Positions 47,800 to 56,771 of a stretch of 64,000 bases of DNA are shown here, one piece after another; positions within the stretch are counted from its first letter, which is position 1; every line of letters starts with the position of its first letter. The notes under the pieces are model-generated. The model searched no databases, was not told the DNA's origin, and saw nothing but the letters and a program-made list of their open reading frames with translations. Source of the stretch: Kiloniellales bacterium (GTDB lineage: Bacteria; Pseudomonadota; Alphaproteobacteria; Kiloniellales; JAKSDN01); NCBI GenBank assembly GCA_041617155.1, contig JBFJPL010000007.1:107-64106 (forward strand). Direction: 5' to 3'. A program made the translations under genes and the position numbers.

Positions 47800-49914
47800 A
47801 TGTCTCCTCGCCTCCTTTTGATCCTGGCCTTCGGCGCCGTCGGCACGACCGGCGCGCTGGCCATTCTGGTCGCGGTCTGGCTGATCCTGCATGCCGCCGA
47901 AGTCGGATTGGCCGAAGCGGGCTATGCGGCGCTGTTTTTCGGCGGCGCGGCCCTGCTGGCCTTCTGCGGCATCCTGGCCAGCGCCTGGGCAGCGGTCGAG
48001 CTCCGTTTATGGCGCCCCATGATCCGGCTCGCCGCGCGTCTTCATACGGTGGTCCACGCCACCGGGGAGGAAGAGGAGAGCGCGGCGATAGCGGTCGAAA
48101 ACCTTGGCCCCCTGACCGATGCCGTGCGGCAGCTGCTCGGCGAGTTGGCCGACGCACGCCAGGAAAAGGCGCAGGCCATGGCCAGCGCCCGCGAACGCAG
48201 CGAGGAACAGAAAAGCCGGCTAGAGGCGATCCTGCGCGACCTCAGCGAAGGCGTCCTGGTTTGCAACCTCAGCCACCAAATCCTCTTATACAATCAGGCG
48301 GCGTTGCGCATCCTGGAAACCCCCGAGGGACTCGGCCTCGGCCGCTCGCTGTTCCAGATTCTGACCAAGGCGCCGATCCTGCACAGCCTCGAACGGTTGC
48401 AAAGCTGGTTTGCCGACGGTAGACCCGGCGAAGACGGTCGGCACACGGCCGCTTTCGTCGGCACGACGACGGACGCCAGGCTGTTGCTGCACGGCCGCAT
48501 GACTCTGGTGCTGGATCGCGACCGTAATCCGGCCAGCTACGTCCTGGTCCTGACCGAGATCAGCCGCGAGCTGACGGCGCTGAGCGAACGCGACGCCCTG
48601 TTGTACCGGGCGACCGAGGGTCTGCGCGCGCCGCTGGCCAATCTGCGCGCCGCCGCCGAGACGCTCGACGCCAGTCCGGACCTGGAGGACGAAAAGCGTC
48701 AGGCCTTGGAACGGGTCATCCTGAGCGAATCCATCGCCCTAACCGAGAAGCACGAGGGTTTGGCGGAGGAGTATCGCAACTTGGTGGCCGGGCCCTGGTC
48801 GATGGACGATCTCTATGCTCCTGACCTGCTGAACTTCGTGTGCCGGCACGTGAAGGCTAAGGAGGGCTTGAAGGTCACGCTGGTCGGCCGGCCGGTGTGG
48901 CTTCGCGGCGACAGCCACGCCCTGATGCTGGTGCTCGAGTTTCTGATCGGCCACGTCGCGAAACGAGTAGAGGTCGCGGACTTCGATCTGGAAGCCTGGC
49001 ACGGCGACCGCCACTGCTACATAGAACTACGTTGGAAGGGCGAGGCTATTGCCTGGCGCGAGCTCGACGCCTGGCTGGAGAAAACGCTGCCGGGCGGCGT
49101 CGGTACGCGCACGCTGCGCGAGGTGCTGGAACGGCACGGCAGCGAGCCCTGGAGCCGACAGCAGGACGAAGAGGCGGTGCTGCGCATTCCGCTGCCGGCC
49201 GCCCCGCAACCCGACGCCGCCGAGGCCAGCGAGCCGCTGCCGCCGCGCCCGGAGTTCTACGACTTCGATCTGGTGCACCCGCCGCAAGCAGGCGGCGCCC
49301 TGGGCCAGCTGCCGTTGTCCGATCTGGCTTACGTGGTGTTCGACACCGAGACCACGGGCCTGCAGCCCTCCGCGGGCGACGAGATGGTCTCGATTGCCGG
49401 GGTGCGGGTCGTCAACCGGCGGATTCTTACTGGCGAAACCTTCGAGCGCCTGATCAATCCGCGTCGTCGCATCCCCGAAGCCTCGACCCGGTTTCACGGC
49501 ATCACCGACGACATGGTGAAGGACGCGCCGCCGGCACAGGTGGTTCTGCCGCAGTTCAAGAGCTTCGTCGCCGATTCGGTCCTGGTTGCCCACAACGCGG
49601 CTTTCGACATGAAGTTCCTGTACCTCAAGGAAGCGGAATGCGGCCTCTCTTTTGACAATCCCGTACTTGACACGCTGCTGTTGTCGGTCTGGCTGCACCC
49701 CGAGGAGCAGCACCACTCGCTGGACGCCATTGCCCAGCGCTTGGGGGTCGAAGTCGTCGGGCGCCACACCGCGATTGGCGACACCATGGTGACCGCCGCC
49801 GTCTTTCTGCGCATGCTGCGGTTGCTCGACTCCCGCGGCGTGATTACGCTTCAAGACGCCTTCGACGCCGCCGCGGAGATGGTCGAGCTCAGGCGCGCGC
49901 AGGCGTCGTTCTGA
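47800..49914 (+). CDS. Membrane-anchored PAS/pseudo-histidine-kinase fused to a DEDDh 3'-5' exonuclease
   Basis: 2 TM, PAS (LSEGVLVCN...LYNQAA), degenerate DHp (TEGLRAPLANLRAAAE), Exo motifs FDTETTG, AHNAAFD, HTAIGD. Confidence 0.85.
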   Translation: MSPRLLLILAFGAVGTTGALAILVAVWLILHAAEVGLAEAGYAALFFGGAALLAFCGILASAWAAVELRLWRPMIRLAARLHTVVHATGEEEESAAIAVENLGPLTDAVRQLLGELADARQEKAQAMASARERSEEQKSRLEAILRDLSEGVLVCNLSHQILLYNQAALRILETPEGLGLGRSLFQILTKAPILHSLERLQSWFADGRPGEDGRHTAAFVGTTTDARLLLHGRMTLVLDRDRNPASYVLVLTEISRELTALSERDALLYRATEGLRAPLANLRAAAETLDASPDLEDEKRQALERVILSESIALTEKHEGLAEEYRNLVAGPWSMDDLYAPDLLNFVCRHVKAKEGLKVTLVGRPVWLRGDSHALMLVLEFLIGHVAKRVEVADFDLEAWHGDRHCYIELRWKGEAIAWRELDAWLEKTLPGGVGTRTLREVLERHGSEPWSRQQDEEAVLRIPLPAAPQPDAAEASEPLPPRPEFYDFDLVHPPQAGGALGQLPLSDLAYVVFDTETTGLQPSAGDEMVSIAGVRVVNRRILTGETFERLINPRRRIPEASTRFHGITDDMVKDAPPAQVVLPQFKSFVADSVLVAHNAAFDMKFLYLKEAECGLSFDNPVLDTLLLSVWLHPEEQHHSLDAIAQRLGVEVVGRHTAIGDTMVTAAVFLRMLRLLDSRGVITLQDAFDAAAEMVELRRAQASF

Positions 49915-49957
49915 CTCCGCAATGCTAAGGCGGCCGGGCCGCAACCCCCGAGACAGC

Positions 49958-51418
49958 TCAAAAGACGTCGCCCGTGAAGTCGGCGTACACGCGCTTGCCC
50001 AGGGCATCAATCGCCTTTAAGGAATCGGTCAGAATGTCCTTTTCGCGCGCCGACAGCGCATTGGGGTGGACGTGGTTGCCGACCGGCCGCCTGGCCTTGA
50101 AATCGGCCAGTTGTTGGCGCAAGAGCAGTCCGGTGATGTGGGTCAAGGCGCCGCGCAGATAATCCGCCTCGTCATTGGCCAGGACACCCAGCTCGTGCAG
50201 CGCGGCAATTCGTTCAAGCGTCGAGGTCTTGGCAACGCCCTCGCGCAGCGCCAACAGCCGAAGCGGGGAAACCAGCGGCAGCGTGCCGCTGTGCTTCAAG
50301 TTGATCTTGCCCCTTTGCGCCGCGTCGTCCCTTTCGACCACGAAACGTCCAAACCAGCCGAGCGCTACGGCACCGGCGTGCATCTGCCGCACCAGCTCGC
50401 TCAGGAAGCCGGGGCTTGACTTGGCCATATCGGTGACCTGCCGGCGGAGCTCTTTGGCCATTGGGGTCGCGCCGTAGGTGCCCTGGAAATCGAAGAAGAT
50501 GTCAGCCAGTTGGACCGCGATCGCGCTGCGTTTGCGGCCCCACAGGCGGACCTGAGCGCGCCACTGGCTGCGGGTCTTGCGCCACACGGGGTTGGTTGCC
50601 ATGACATAACCGCGGCATAGGGGAAAGCCAACAGCGTCCAGGTCGCGGGTCAAGCGATCGGCCAGCTCGATGAAGAAACCATCGATCGCCGGATGATCCT
50701 TGTCGGGGTAGTCGTCGAGTATGAAGCCGTTGTCCTGGTCCGGGTAAAGGTAGTTTTCGCCTCGCCCCCCCGAGCCCATGATCAAAAGCGTGAACTCGAC
50801 CGGAGCGGTGCCCCAGCCCGATTCGGCCATGGCGGCCAGGTGGTTGTCCAGCAGGCGGGCGTGGATGTCCCAGTTGATATGGGTCAGGACCGCCTGAATT
50901 TCCGGACCCGGAACCCGGTCATCGAGCAGGCTCGCGGCCAGCTCGACTTGGGCGGCCTTGATCGCCCGGAGGCCGTCGAGGCTGTCGTCTTGGCTGATCA
51001 ATTCGATCTCGCGCAGCAGCGAGTCGCCCGCCACGGCCAGCGCGACCTGCAGCTCGATCATGCCGAGCGGCCGATAGCCGCGGTCGACCACCGGCATGTG
51101 CCGCCAGCCGAATCGGCGCATGCGGGCGATCGCATAGTAGAGGTAGTCGTCGTCAAACACGGCCTTGACCGGCGCCGTCATCACGTCGCCGACCGCCTCG
51201 CTGCCGACACAGCGCAGGGCGATGCGGCGGGTGACATCCTGCTCGGTCACGATCCCGGCTAGCCGGCCGTCGCCATCGACAATCAGAGCACTGGTGCGGC
51301 GCGCGGCGGCCATGGCCTCGAGCAAATCCGAGACGCTGGTCGTAGCCGTGACCACGACCGGCGACCGGCGCATATAGTCGGCGACCAGACGGGAAAAGAT
51401 CTTGGTCCGCGGCTGCAT
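49958..51418 (-). CDS. CBS-CBS-DUF294/DUF294_C putative nucleotidyltransferase
   Basis: CBS pair, MGSGGRGE...PDQDN (GS..DxD NTase motif), CRGYVMATNPVW, IFFD, INLK. Confidence 0.88.
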   Translation of the reverse strand: MQPRTKIFSRLVADYMRRSPVVVTATTSVSDLLEAMAAARRTSALIVDGDGRLAGIVTEQDVTRRIALRCVGSEAVGDVMTAPVKAVFDDDYLYYAIARMRRFGWRHMPVVDRGYRPLGMIELQVALAVAGDSLLREIELISQDDSLDGLRAIKAAQVELAASLLDDRVPGPEIQAVLTHINWDIHARLLDNHLAAMAESGWGTAPVEFTLLIMGSGGRGENYLYPDQDNGFILDDYPDKDHPAIDGFFIELADRLTRDLDAVGFPLCRGYVMATNPVWRKTRSQWRAQVRLWGRKRSAIAVQLADIFFDFQGTYGATPMAKELRRQVTDMAKSSPGFLSELVRQMHAGAVALGWFGRFVVERDDAAQRGKINLKHSGTLPLVSPLRLLALREGVAKTSTLERIAALHELGVLANDEADYLRGALTHITGLLLRQQLADFKARRPVGNHVHPNALSAREKDILTDSLKAIDALGKRVYADFTGDVF

Positions 51419-51432
51419 GGACGCCCGTCGCG

Positions 51433-54189
51433 CTATTCCGCGACCCGGGCGCTCAAGGCTCCGGTGGCCGGAATGGTGAAGGAAAACTTCGCGCCATGAC
51501 CGGGCGCGCTTTCGACCCAGATGCGTCCGCCGAAGAACTCGACGATCTGGCGCGATATCGCCAAGCCTAGCCCGGTGCCGCCGGGCCGATCGGTCAGGGC
51601 CTCGTTGGCCTGTTGGAACTTCTCAAAAATCATCCTGCGCTTTTCCGCCGCCACGCCCGGACCGTTGTCGGCAACGCTGACATAAAGGCCCTCGTCGCGC
51701 GCCGCGGCGGACACGACCACAAGGCCCTGGGTCTGATGGCAGAACTTCACCGCGTTGGACAACAGGTTGAGAATGACCTGCATCAAACGGTCGCGGTCGA
51801 CGAGGACCTTCGGCAGGCGTTCGTCGAGTTTGAGCTCGAGCTTGATCGCGCGCTCGGCGAACAGACTGCCGGTCGCCGCCAAGGCCTCCCTGATCACGCC
51901 TTCGGGGTCAACCTCCTCCATCCGCCAGTCCATGCGGCCGGCTTCCATTTTCGCCAGGTCCAGGATCTGGTTGATCAGGCGTGTCAGGCGCTCGCTCTCC
52001 TTGACGATGACGGTCAGGAACCGTTGCCGTTCGGCCATTTCGATCTCCGGATTGTCGAACAGGATCTCGCTGAAGGAGCGGATCGAGGTCAGCGGCGTGC
52101 GCAGCTCGTGGCTGACGGTGGAAAGGAAATCATCCTTCAGGCGGTCCAGCTCCTTGAGCCGCTCGTTGGCGGCGCGCAGTTGGGCGGTGGTCGCTTCCAG
52201 CTCGCGCGACTTCTGTTCCAGGCCATGGCTGTATTCGATCACCTGCGAGGTTTCCTCCAATATTTCCATGACCTCGTCGATGCCCAACATCTCGCCCTTG
52301 GCGACCGACGCCACCATGACCCGCGCGGAAGCCGCGCCGATCGCGCCGGCCAGAAGCCGCTCGGCGAAGTTCACCAGATCGGCATCGGCCTCGGGCAGCT
52401 TGGCCAGGTTGAGGCCCCGCGCGCGGGCATAGCCGCCGAGCGCCCGTTCGGCGCGATCGCGTCCGACAAATCGCACGAGCAGCGCACGCAGATCCGAGAC
52501 CGTGGCCGAGCCGCGCCAGAAACGCGACCCACCGCCCGGGACGCCGGAATGCTTGAACACGTCCACGAACAGCGCGCCCTGGATTCGATCGATCGCGCTC
52601 TGCCGGCCGCCCAGGGAAAAGCCGATGAATCCGCCGATGTTGGCCAGCATGCTCCAAAACATGGCGTGGGTCAGACTGTCCATGCCGCGGAGCCCGAATA
52701 GCGCCTGCGGTTTGAGCAGCTCGATTGCGAGCGGCCCGGACTCGATAAAGCTGATAGGCAGCCAGCCCGAGCGCGCGAACGACGGCAAAAGCAAGGTATA
52801 GGCCCAGATGGCAAACCCCATGCCGAGCCCGGCCAGGGCGCCGCCGCGTGTGCCGCCCTTCCAAAAAATCCCGCCGATGATGGCCGGCGCGAACTGGGCG
52901 GCGGCGGCGAATGACACCAGGCCGATCGTGACCAAGGCGTCGGACTCGCCGGCCAGGCGGAAATAGCCATAGCCCAACAGCAGAATGATCACGATGCTGC
53001 CGCGACGAATCAGCAGCAGCAAACCGGTCAGGTCGCCACGCTCGGTCAGCCTGAGCCAACTGAGCCGCAGCAGTCCCGGCATGACCAGGTCGTTGCTGAC
53101 CATGGTGCTCAGGGCGATCGCGGCGACAATCACCATACCGGTCGCCGCCGACAGCCCGCCGATGAAGACGAACAGCGCCAGAAGCTCCTGCTGTTCGGCC
53201 ATCGGCAGGGTCAGCACGAAGGTGTCGGCGTCGACCACGCCCTTTGGAAAGGCCAGCAGACCGCCGATGGCGATCGGCAGGACGAAGACGTTGATCGCGA
53301 GCAGATAGAGCGGGAAAAGCCAGACCGCCTTGTGCAAGTGCGCCTCGTCCACGTTCTCGACCACGGTCATGTGAAATTGGCGGGGTAGGCAGATGATCGC
53401 CGCCATGGACAGGAACGTCAGGGTCATCCATTGGCCATAGCTGCTGCCGCCGCTCAGGGTCAACAGCTTGACGATTTCCGGCTCCGCGCGCGCCGCCGCG
53501 AAAAGGTCGCCGAACCCGTTGTAGAGGCCAAAGGTCACGAAGATGCCGACGGCCAGGAAGGCCGCCAGCTTGACCACCGATTCGAAGGCGATGGCGGCGA
53601 CCATGCCCTCGTGGTGTTCGCTGGCATCGATATGGCGGGTGCCGAACAGGATGGCGAAAGCGGCCATCACCAGCGCGATCAGAAATGCGGTGTCGGCCAG
53701 GACCGGGACATGCTCGGAGACGGGCGGCGTGGCCACCTCGGGATACTGCAGCAGGACCTTGAAGCTGGTCGATACCGCTTTTAGCTGCAGTGAGATGTAG
53801 GGCATGATGCCGACCACCGCGATGACAGTTACCAGAACGCTTAGGCCCGTACTCTTGCCGTAGCGCGAGGAGATGAAGTCGGCGATCGAGGTGATACGGT
53901 GCGCCTTGCTGATGCGAATGATCTTTCGCAGCACGAACCACCAGACCACGAAGGTCAATGTTGGCCCGAGGTAGATCGGCAGAAAGTCGATGCCGCTCGA
54001 CGCCGCGCGTCCGACGCTGCCGTAGAAGGTCCAGGAGGTGCAATAGACGGCAATCGACAGGGTATAGATGTAGGGATTGGCGACCAGGCTTTGGCCGGCA
54101 TCGGCGCGCTTGTCCACGCTGTAGGCGATCGCGAACAGCAGGCAGAGGTAGGCCAGCGAGGTCAGCAGTATGGCCCAGCCGCTCAGCAT
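51433..54189 (-). CDS. CrbS-like sodium:solute symporter-STAC-histidine kinase (no PAS, no REC)
   Basis: SSS domain (VYCTSWTFYGSVG, SIADFISSRYGKS, LPRQFH), STAC (LAGAIGAASARVM), H-box SHELRTPLT, N/G boxes (NLLSNAVKF, DNGPG, GTGLGL). Confidence 0.92.
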   Translation of the reverse strand: MLSGWAILLTSLAYLCLLFAIAYSVDKRADAGQSLVANPYIYTLSIAVYCTSWTFYGSVGRAASSGIDFLPIYLGPTLTFVVWWFVLRKIIRISKAHRITSIADFISSRYGKSTGLSVLVTVIAVVGIMPYISLQLKAVSTSFKVLLQYPEVATPPVSEHVPVLADTAFLIALVMAAFAILFGTRHIDASEHHEGMVAAIAFESVVKLAAFLAVGIFVTFGLYNGFGDLFAAARAEPEIVKLLTLSGGSSYGQWMTLTFLSMAAIICLPRQFHMTVVENVDEAHLHKAVWLFPLYLLAINVFVLPIAIGGLLAFPKGVVDADTFVLTLPMAEQQELLALFVFIGGLSAATGMVIVAAIALSTMVSNDLVMPGLLRLSWLRLTERGDLTGLLLLIRRGSIVIILLLGYGYFRLAGESDALVTIGLVSFAAAAQFAPAIIGGIFWKGGTRGGALAGLGMGFAIWAYTLLLPSFARSGWLPISFIESGPLAIELLKPQALFGLRGMDSLTHAMFWSMLANIGGFIGFSLGGRQSAIDRIQGALFVDVFKHSGVPGGGSRFWRGSATVSDLRALLVRFVGRDRAERALGGYARARGLNLAKLPEADADLVNFAERLLAGAIGAASARVMVASVAKGEMLGIDEVMEILEETSQVIEYSHGLEQKSRELEATTAQLRAANERLKELDRLKDDFLSTVSHELRTPLTSIRSFSEILFDNPEIEMAERQRFLTVIVKESERLTRLINQILDLAKMEAGRMDWRMEEVDPEGVIREALAATGSLFAERAIKLELKLDERLPKVLVDRDRLMQVILNLLSNAVKFCHQTQGLVVVSAAARDEGLYVSVADNGPGVAAEKRRMIFEKFQQANEALTDRPGGTGLGLAISRQIVEFFGGRIWVESAPGHGAKFSFTIPATGALSARVAE

Positions 54190-54191
54190 GT

Positions 54192-54446
54192 TCAGCGGTT
54201 CCCGCGCGGCGGTTCGGGCGCCGGGGGCTCGCCGCTCTGGTCCGGTGACCGGGCCGCGGCGACCGCCTGTACCGCGACCAGGGCAATGATGCCGGCCCAG
54301 GCGCAGAACAGATAGACGTAGAGCAGCGGCACGCCGAACAGGAAGACCTCGGCGCTGAAGATCGACAGGAGCGGTGGGTTGAAGGCGAGAAACGCCACGA
54401 TGAACAGCGCGAACGCACGCTCTCCCACCAAACCGGGCCGGTTCAT
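54192..54446 (-). CDS. Small two-TM membrane protein (DUF3311-like SSS partner)
   Basis: FNPPLL...LFGVPLLYVYLFCAW; GGGAGG RBS; directly upstream of the SSS-kinase. Confidence 0.75.
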   Translation of the reverse strand: MNRPGLVGERAFALFIVAFLAFNPPLLSIFSAEVFLFGVPLLYVYLFCAWAGIIALVAVQAVAAARSPDQSGEPPAPEPPRGNR

Positions 54447-54515
54447 GCCATGCCTCCCGTCTGCCGAACCGCCATCATCGCGCACGATCGCCCGGACGGC
54501 AAAGCAGCCGTTTTT

Positions 54516-54893
54516 TCACTGCTCCTCGGCGCCCAGCAACTGGCGCGCCCGCGCGACGATCTCGCGGGTCGAGAAGGGCTTGGTCATATAGTCGTCGGCG
54601 CCCAGTTCCATCCCCTTGTGCCGGTCCAGCGCCCGCCCCTTCGCGGTCAGCATCATGATCTTGACGTCGCTCCACGCCGGGTTCTCGCGGATCTCGCGAC
54701 AAACGTCGTAGCCGTCGCGCCGGGGTAGCATTACGTCGAGCAGGACCAGATCGGGGACCCGGCTTTTCATGACTCTTATGGCCGCGTCTCCGTCGCGGGC
54801 GATCTGCACCAAAAAGCCCGCCTGCTTCATCAGGAAGCTGAGTGAATCGACGATGTTCGCCTCGTCTTCCACGACCAGAACTGAAAAGGCCAT
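54516..54893 (-). CDS. Single-domain response regulator (REC only), paralog of 47400..47768
   Basis: VEDE, LLDVMLP, LTAKG, KPFSTR. Confidence 0.93.
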   Translation of the reverse strand: MAFSVLVVEDEANIVDSLSFLMKQAGFLVQIARDGDAAIRVMKSRVPDLVLLDVMLPRRDGYDVCREIRENPAWSDVKIMMLTAKGRALDRHKGMELGADDYMTKPFSTREIVARARQLLGAEEQ

Positions 54894-54951
54894 ATCGGCA
54901 CCCCTTCCGCGGCTAATACCAAAGGTCATTGATCATGACCTTTGGTATTAA

Positions 54952-56514
54952 TCACCGTACGAGCGACGGGTAGGCCCGCTGCCGGCAATCATGCCGTTCA
55001 CAGAGCCGGCAATGCAGCCCGACAGGCATGGCGATTTTGGCATCGTCAAATGCCAGGCCGTCGGCGTAGACCAGCTTTCGGGCGAACGACACCTCGCAGC
55101 CGATGCAGATCGCATAGTGACTGTCCGGCGCGCCAAAACCGTCGCCCGGCTTGGCGATATGCCTGGCGATATTGAGATAGGTCGTACCATCGGGCAGTCG
55201 GGCAATCTGCCGGTCAATCCGCCCCGGGTTCATGAAGGTCGCATGCACGTTCCAGCGCGGGCAGGCCCCGCCGTAGCGCGGAATCCGCAAGCCGGAGCCG
55301 TTGAACCGCTTGGAGATATTGCCGGCGATATCGACCCGCATGAAGTGGAACGGCACGCCTTCGTCACCCGGTCGCTGCAAGGTGGTCAAGCGGTGGCAGA
55401 CCTGCTCGAAACTGGTCCCGAAACTCTGCGCTAACAGATCGATGTCGTGGCGTAGCTCTTCGGCAGCTGAGCGGAACGGCCGGTAAGGCATCAGCACGGC
55501 ACCGGCGAAGTAGCCCGCAAGCATCCGGCGGTACATCTTTCGGGCGCCGGGTGTCGAGAGCACTGCCTGCTCCATATGCCGTTCGATCAGCCCCGGCATC
55601 GAGATCAGCGCGACCTGCTGAGCAACCTGGAAAGCCACGCTCCCGGCTGGCAAGTTTTTCGAAACTCGCAGGCCGCGCTGCCCGGCATCGAACTCGTCAG
55701 CGCGCGCCGCACCATTGTCGCCGGCCCCGAACGTGACCGTCAGGCCGCAATGCTCGGCGAGCGCGGTCCACAGGGCCTCCGGCGTGTCCGAGCTCGTGGC
55801 ACCGATCTCCTGTCGAGCCCGCTCGGCGGCCACCTCGAACTCGGGAAAGTGGTTGTTGGCCCGGTGCACTGCATCGATGACTTCATCGCTCGGCGAGTCC
55901 GTGCCCCGCAGGCCACGCAAGCCGTCGCCGGTGATGAAATCGAACAGCTGGTTGACCAATTCGGTCAACTTTTCGCTTTCCTTCACCAGCACGCCGACGA
56001 ACTGCCTACGCCGGTCCGCGGCCAGATCGACGTTGTCGTGCAGAATCTCGGCAAAAGACCGGATCGAGGTCAGCAGAGTCAGGAGCTGATGGCTCGATTC
56101 GGAAAGATAGGGATCCTGGGCGAGATGCTCGCTCAGGCCACGGATATCCTCGCTCACATTCCGATAGCTCCGGTAGAGCGTCAAGATCGCCCGACACACG
56201 GCCGGCGCGGCCCCGACCAGTTCGTTCAACTCACTGTGCCTAAGCTTCAAATCGCCGAACAGCGGGTCGCTGAAGAGTTCCGTGATGTCGGCCAGCAGCC
56301 GCGCCTCCTCGTTGCCCGAGAAGGACTTGAGGTCGACCTGGAAGCGCTCCGACAGCTTCAGCAGAAGCGGCCGGTTGAGAGCCCGCTGGTTGTGCTCGAT
56401 CAGATTGAGATAACTCGGCGATATCCCCAGTTGCGTCGCCATGGCAACCTGGGTCAGCCCATGCTCGTTGCGCAAGCGGCGCACCTTATTGCCCAGCATC
56501 GCCTGCCGCGGCAT
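54952..56514 (-). CDS. ScfR/RamB/PrpR-family XRE transcriptional regulator with internal DHp-like insert
   Basis: XRE HTH (LGISPSYLNLIEHNQR), YFAGAVLMP, SFEQVCHRLTTLQRPG, RVDIAGNISKR, ACPRW, C-terminal CRLCERHDC. Confidence 0.9.
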   Translation of the reverse strand: MPRQAMLGNKVRRLRNEHGLTQVAMATQLGISPSYLNLIEHNQRALNRPLLLKLSERFQVDLKSFSGNEEARLLADITELFSDPLFGDLKLRHSELNELVGAAPAVCRAILTLYRSYRNVSEDIRGLSEHLAQDPYLSESSHQLLTLLTSIRSFAEILHDNVDLAADRRRQFVGVLVKESEKLTELVNQLFDFITGDGLRGLRGTDSPSDEVIDAVHRANNHFPEFEVAAERARQEIGATSSDTPEALWTALAEHCGLTVTFGAGDNGAARADEFDAGQRGLRVSKNLPAGSVAFQVAQQVALISMPGLIERHMEQAVLSTPGARKMYRRMLAGYFAGAVLMPYRPFRSAAEELRHDIDLLAQSFGTSFEQVCHRLTTLQRPGDEGVPFHFMRVDIAGNISKRFNGSGLRIPRYGGACPRWNVHATFMNPGRIDRQIARLPDGTTYLNIARHIAKPGDGFGAPDSHYAICIGCEVSFARKLVYADGLAFDDAKIAMPVGLHCRLCERHDCRQRAYPSLVR

Positions 56515-56535
56515 CGTTCGCCTCCCTAGGCAGTA

Positions 56536-56583
56536 TTTACTTGTTTACATGTTCTCGAATTTCGCTGTCGCAATATTTACAAA
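56536..56583. promoter_or_regulatory. 8-bp-phased TTTAC(A)-type repeats, candidate ScfR operator
   Basis: TTTACTTG, TTTACATG and TTTACAAA at 56536, 56544 and 56576 between the divergent regulator and transporter. Confidence 0.5.
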
Positions 56584-56625
56584 TTTCGTCCGATGGAACA
56601 ATGCGATATTGACCGGCACCGAAGA

Positions 56626-56641
56626 TTAACGAATAGTTAAC
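56626..56641. promoter_or_regulatory. Full CtrA-box match TTAA-N7-TTAAC
   Basis: TTAAcgaatagTTAAC upstream of the SSS transporter. Confidence 0.55.
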
Positions 56642-56771
56642 CTTAGGAGCTATGTAAGCCCTTGAAATTTATGTCGGCGCCCACTTGGACGCGCCGACGG
56701 GTCGAATCCGGTCCCGAGCCGTCAAGACCATCAAGAACAGGGTCGGGCCTACACGAAGGGGGACATCACCT

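Noticed and set aside
49330-49914. Calling the exonuclease dnaQ or a defence nuclease
   Set aside because: It is fused to TM/PAS domains in a transporter-sensing locus with no defence or replication context
52130-54418. 762-aa same-strand alternative-frame ORF over the kinase
   Set aside because: Arg/Pro/Gly-rich low-complexity translation typical of off-frame reading in GC-rich DNA
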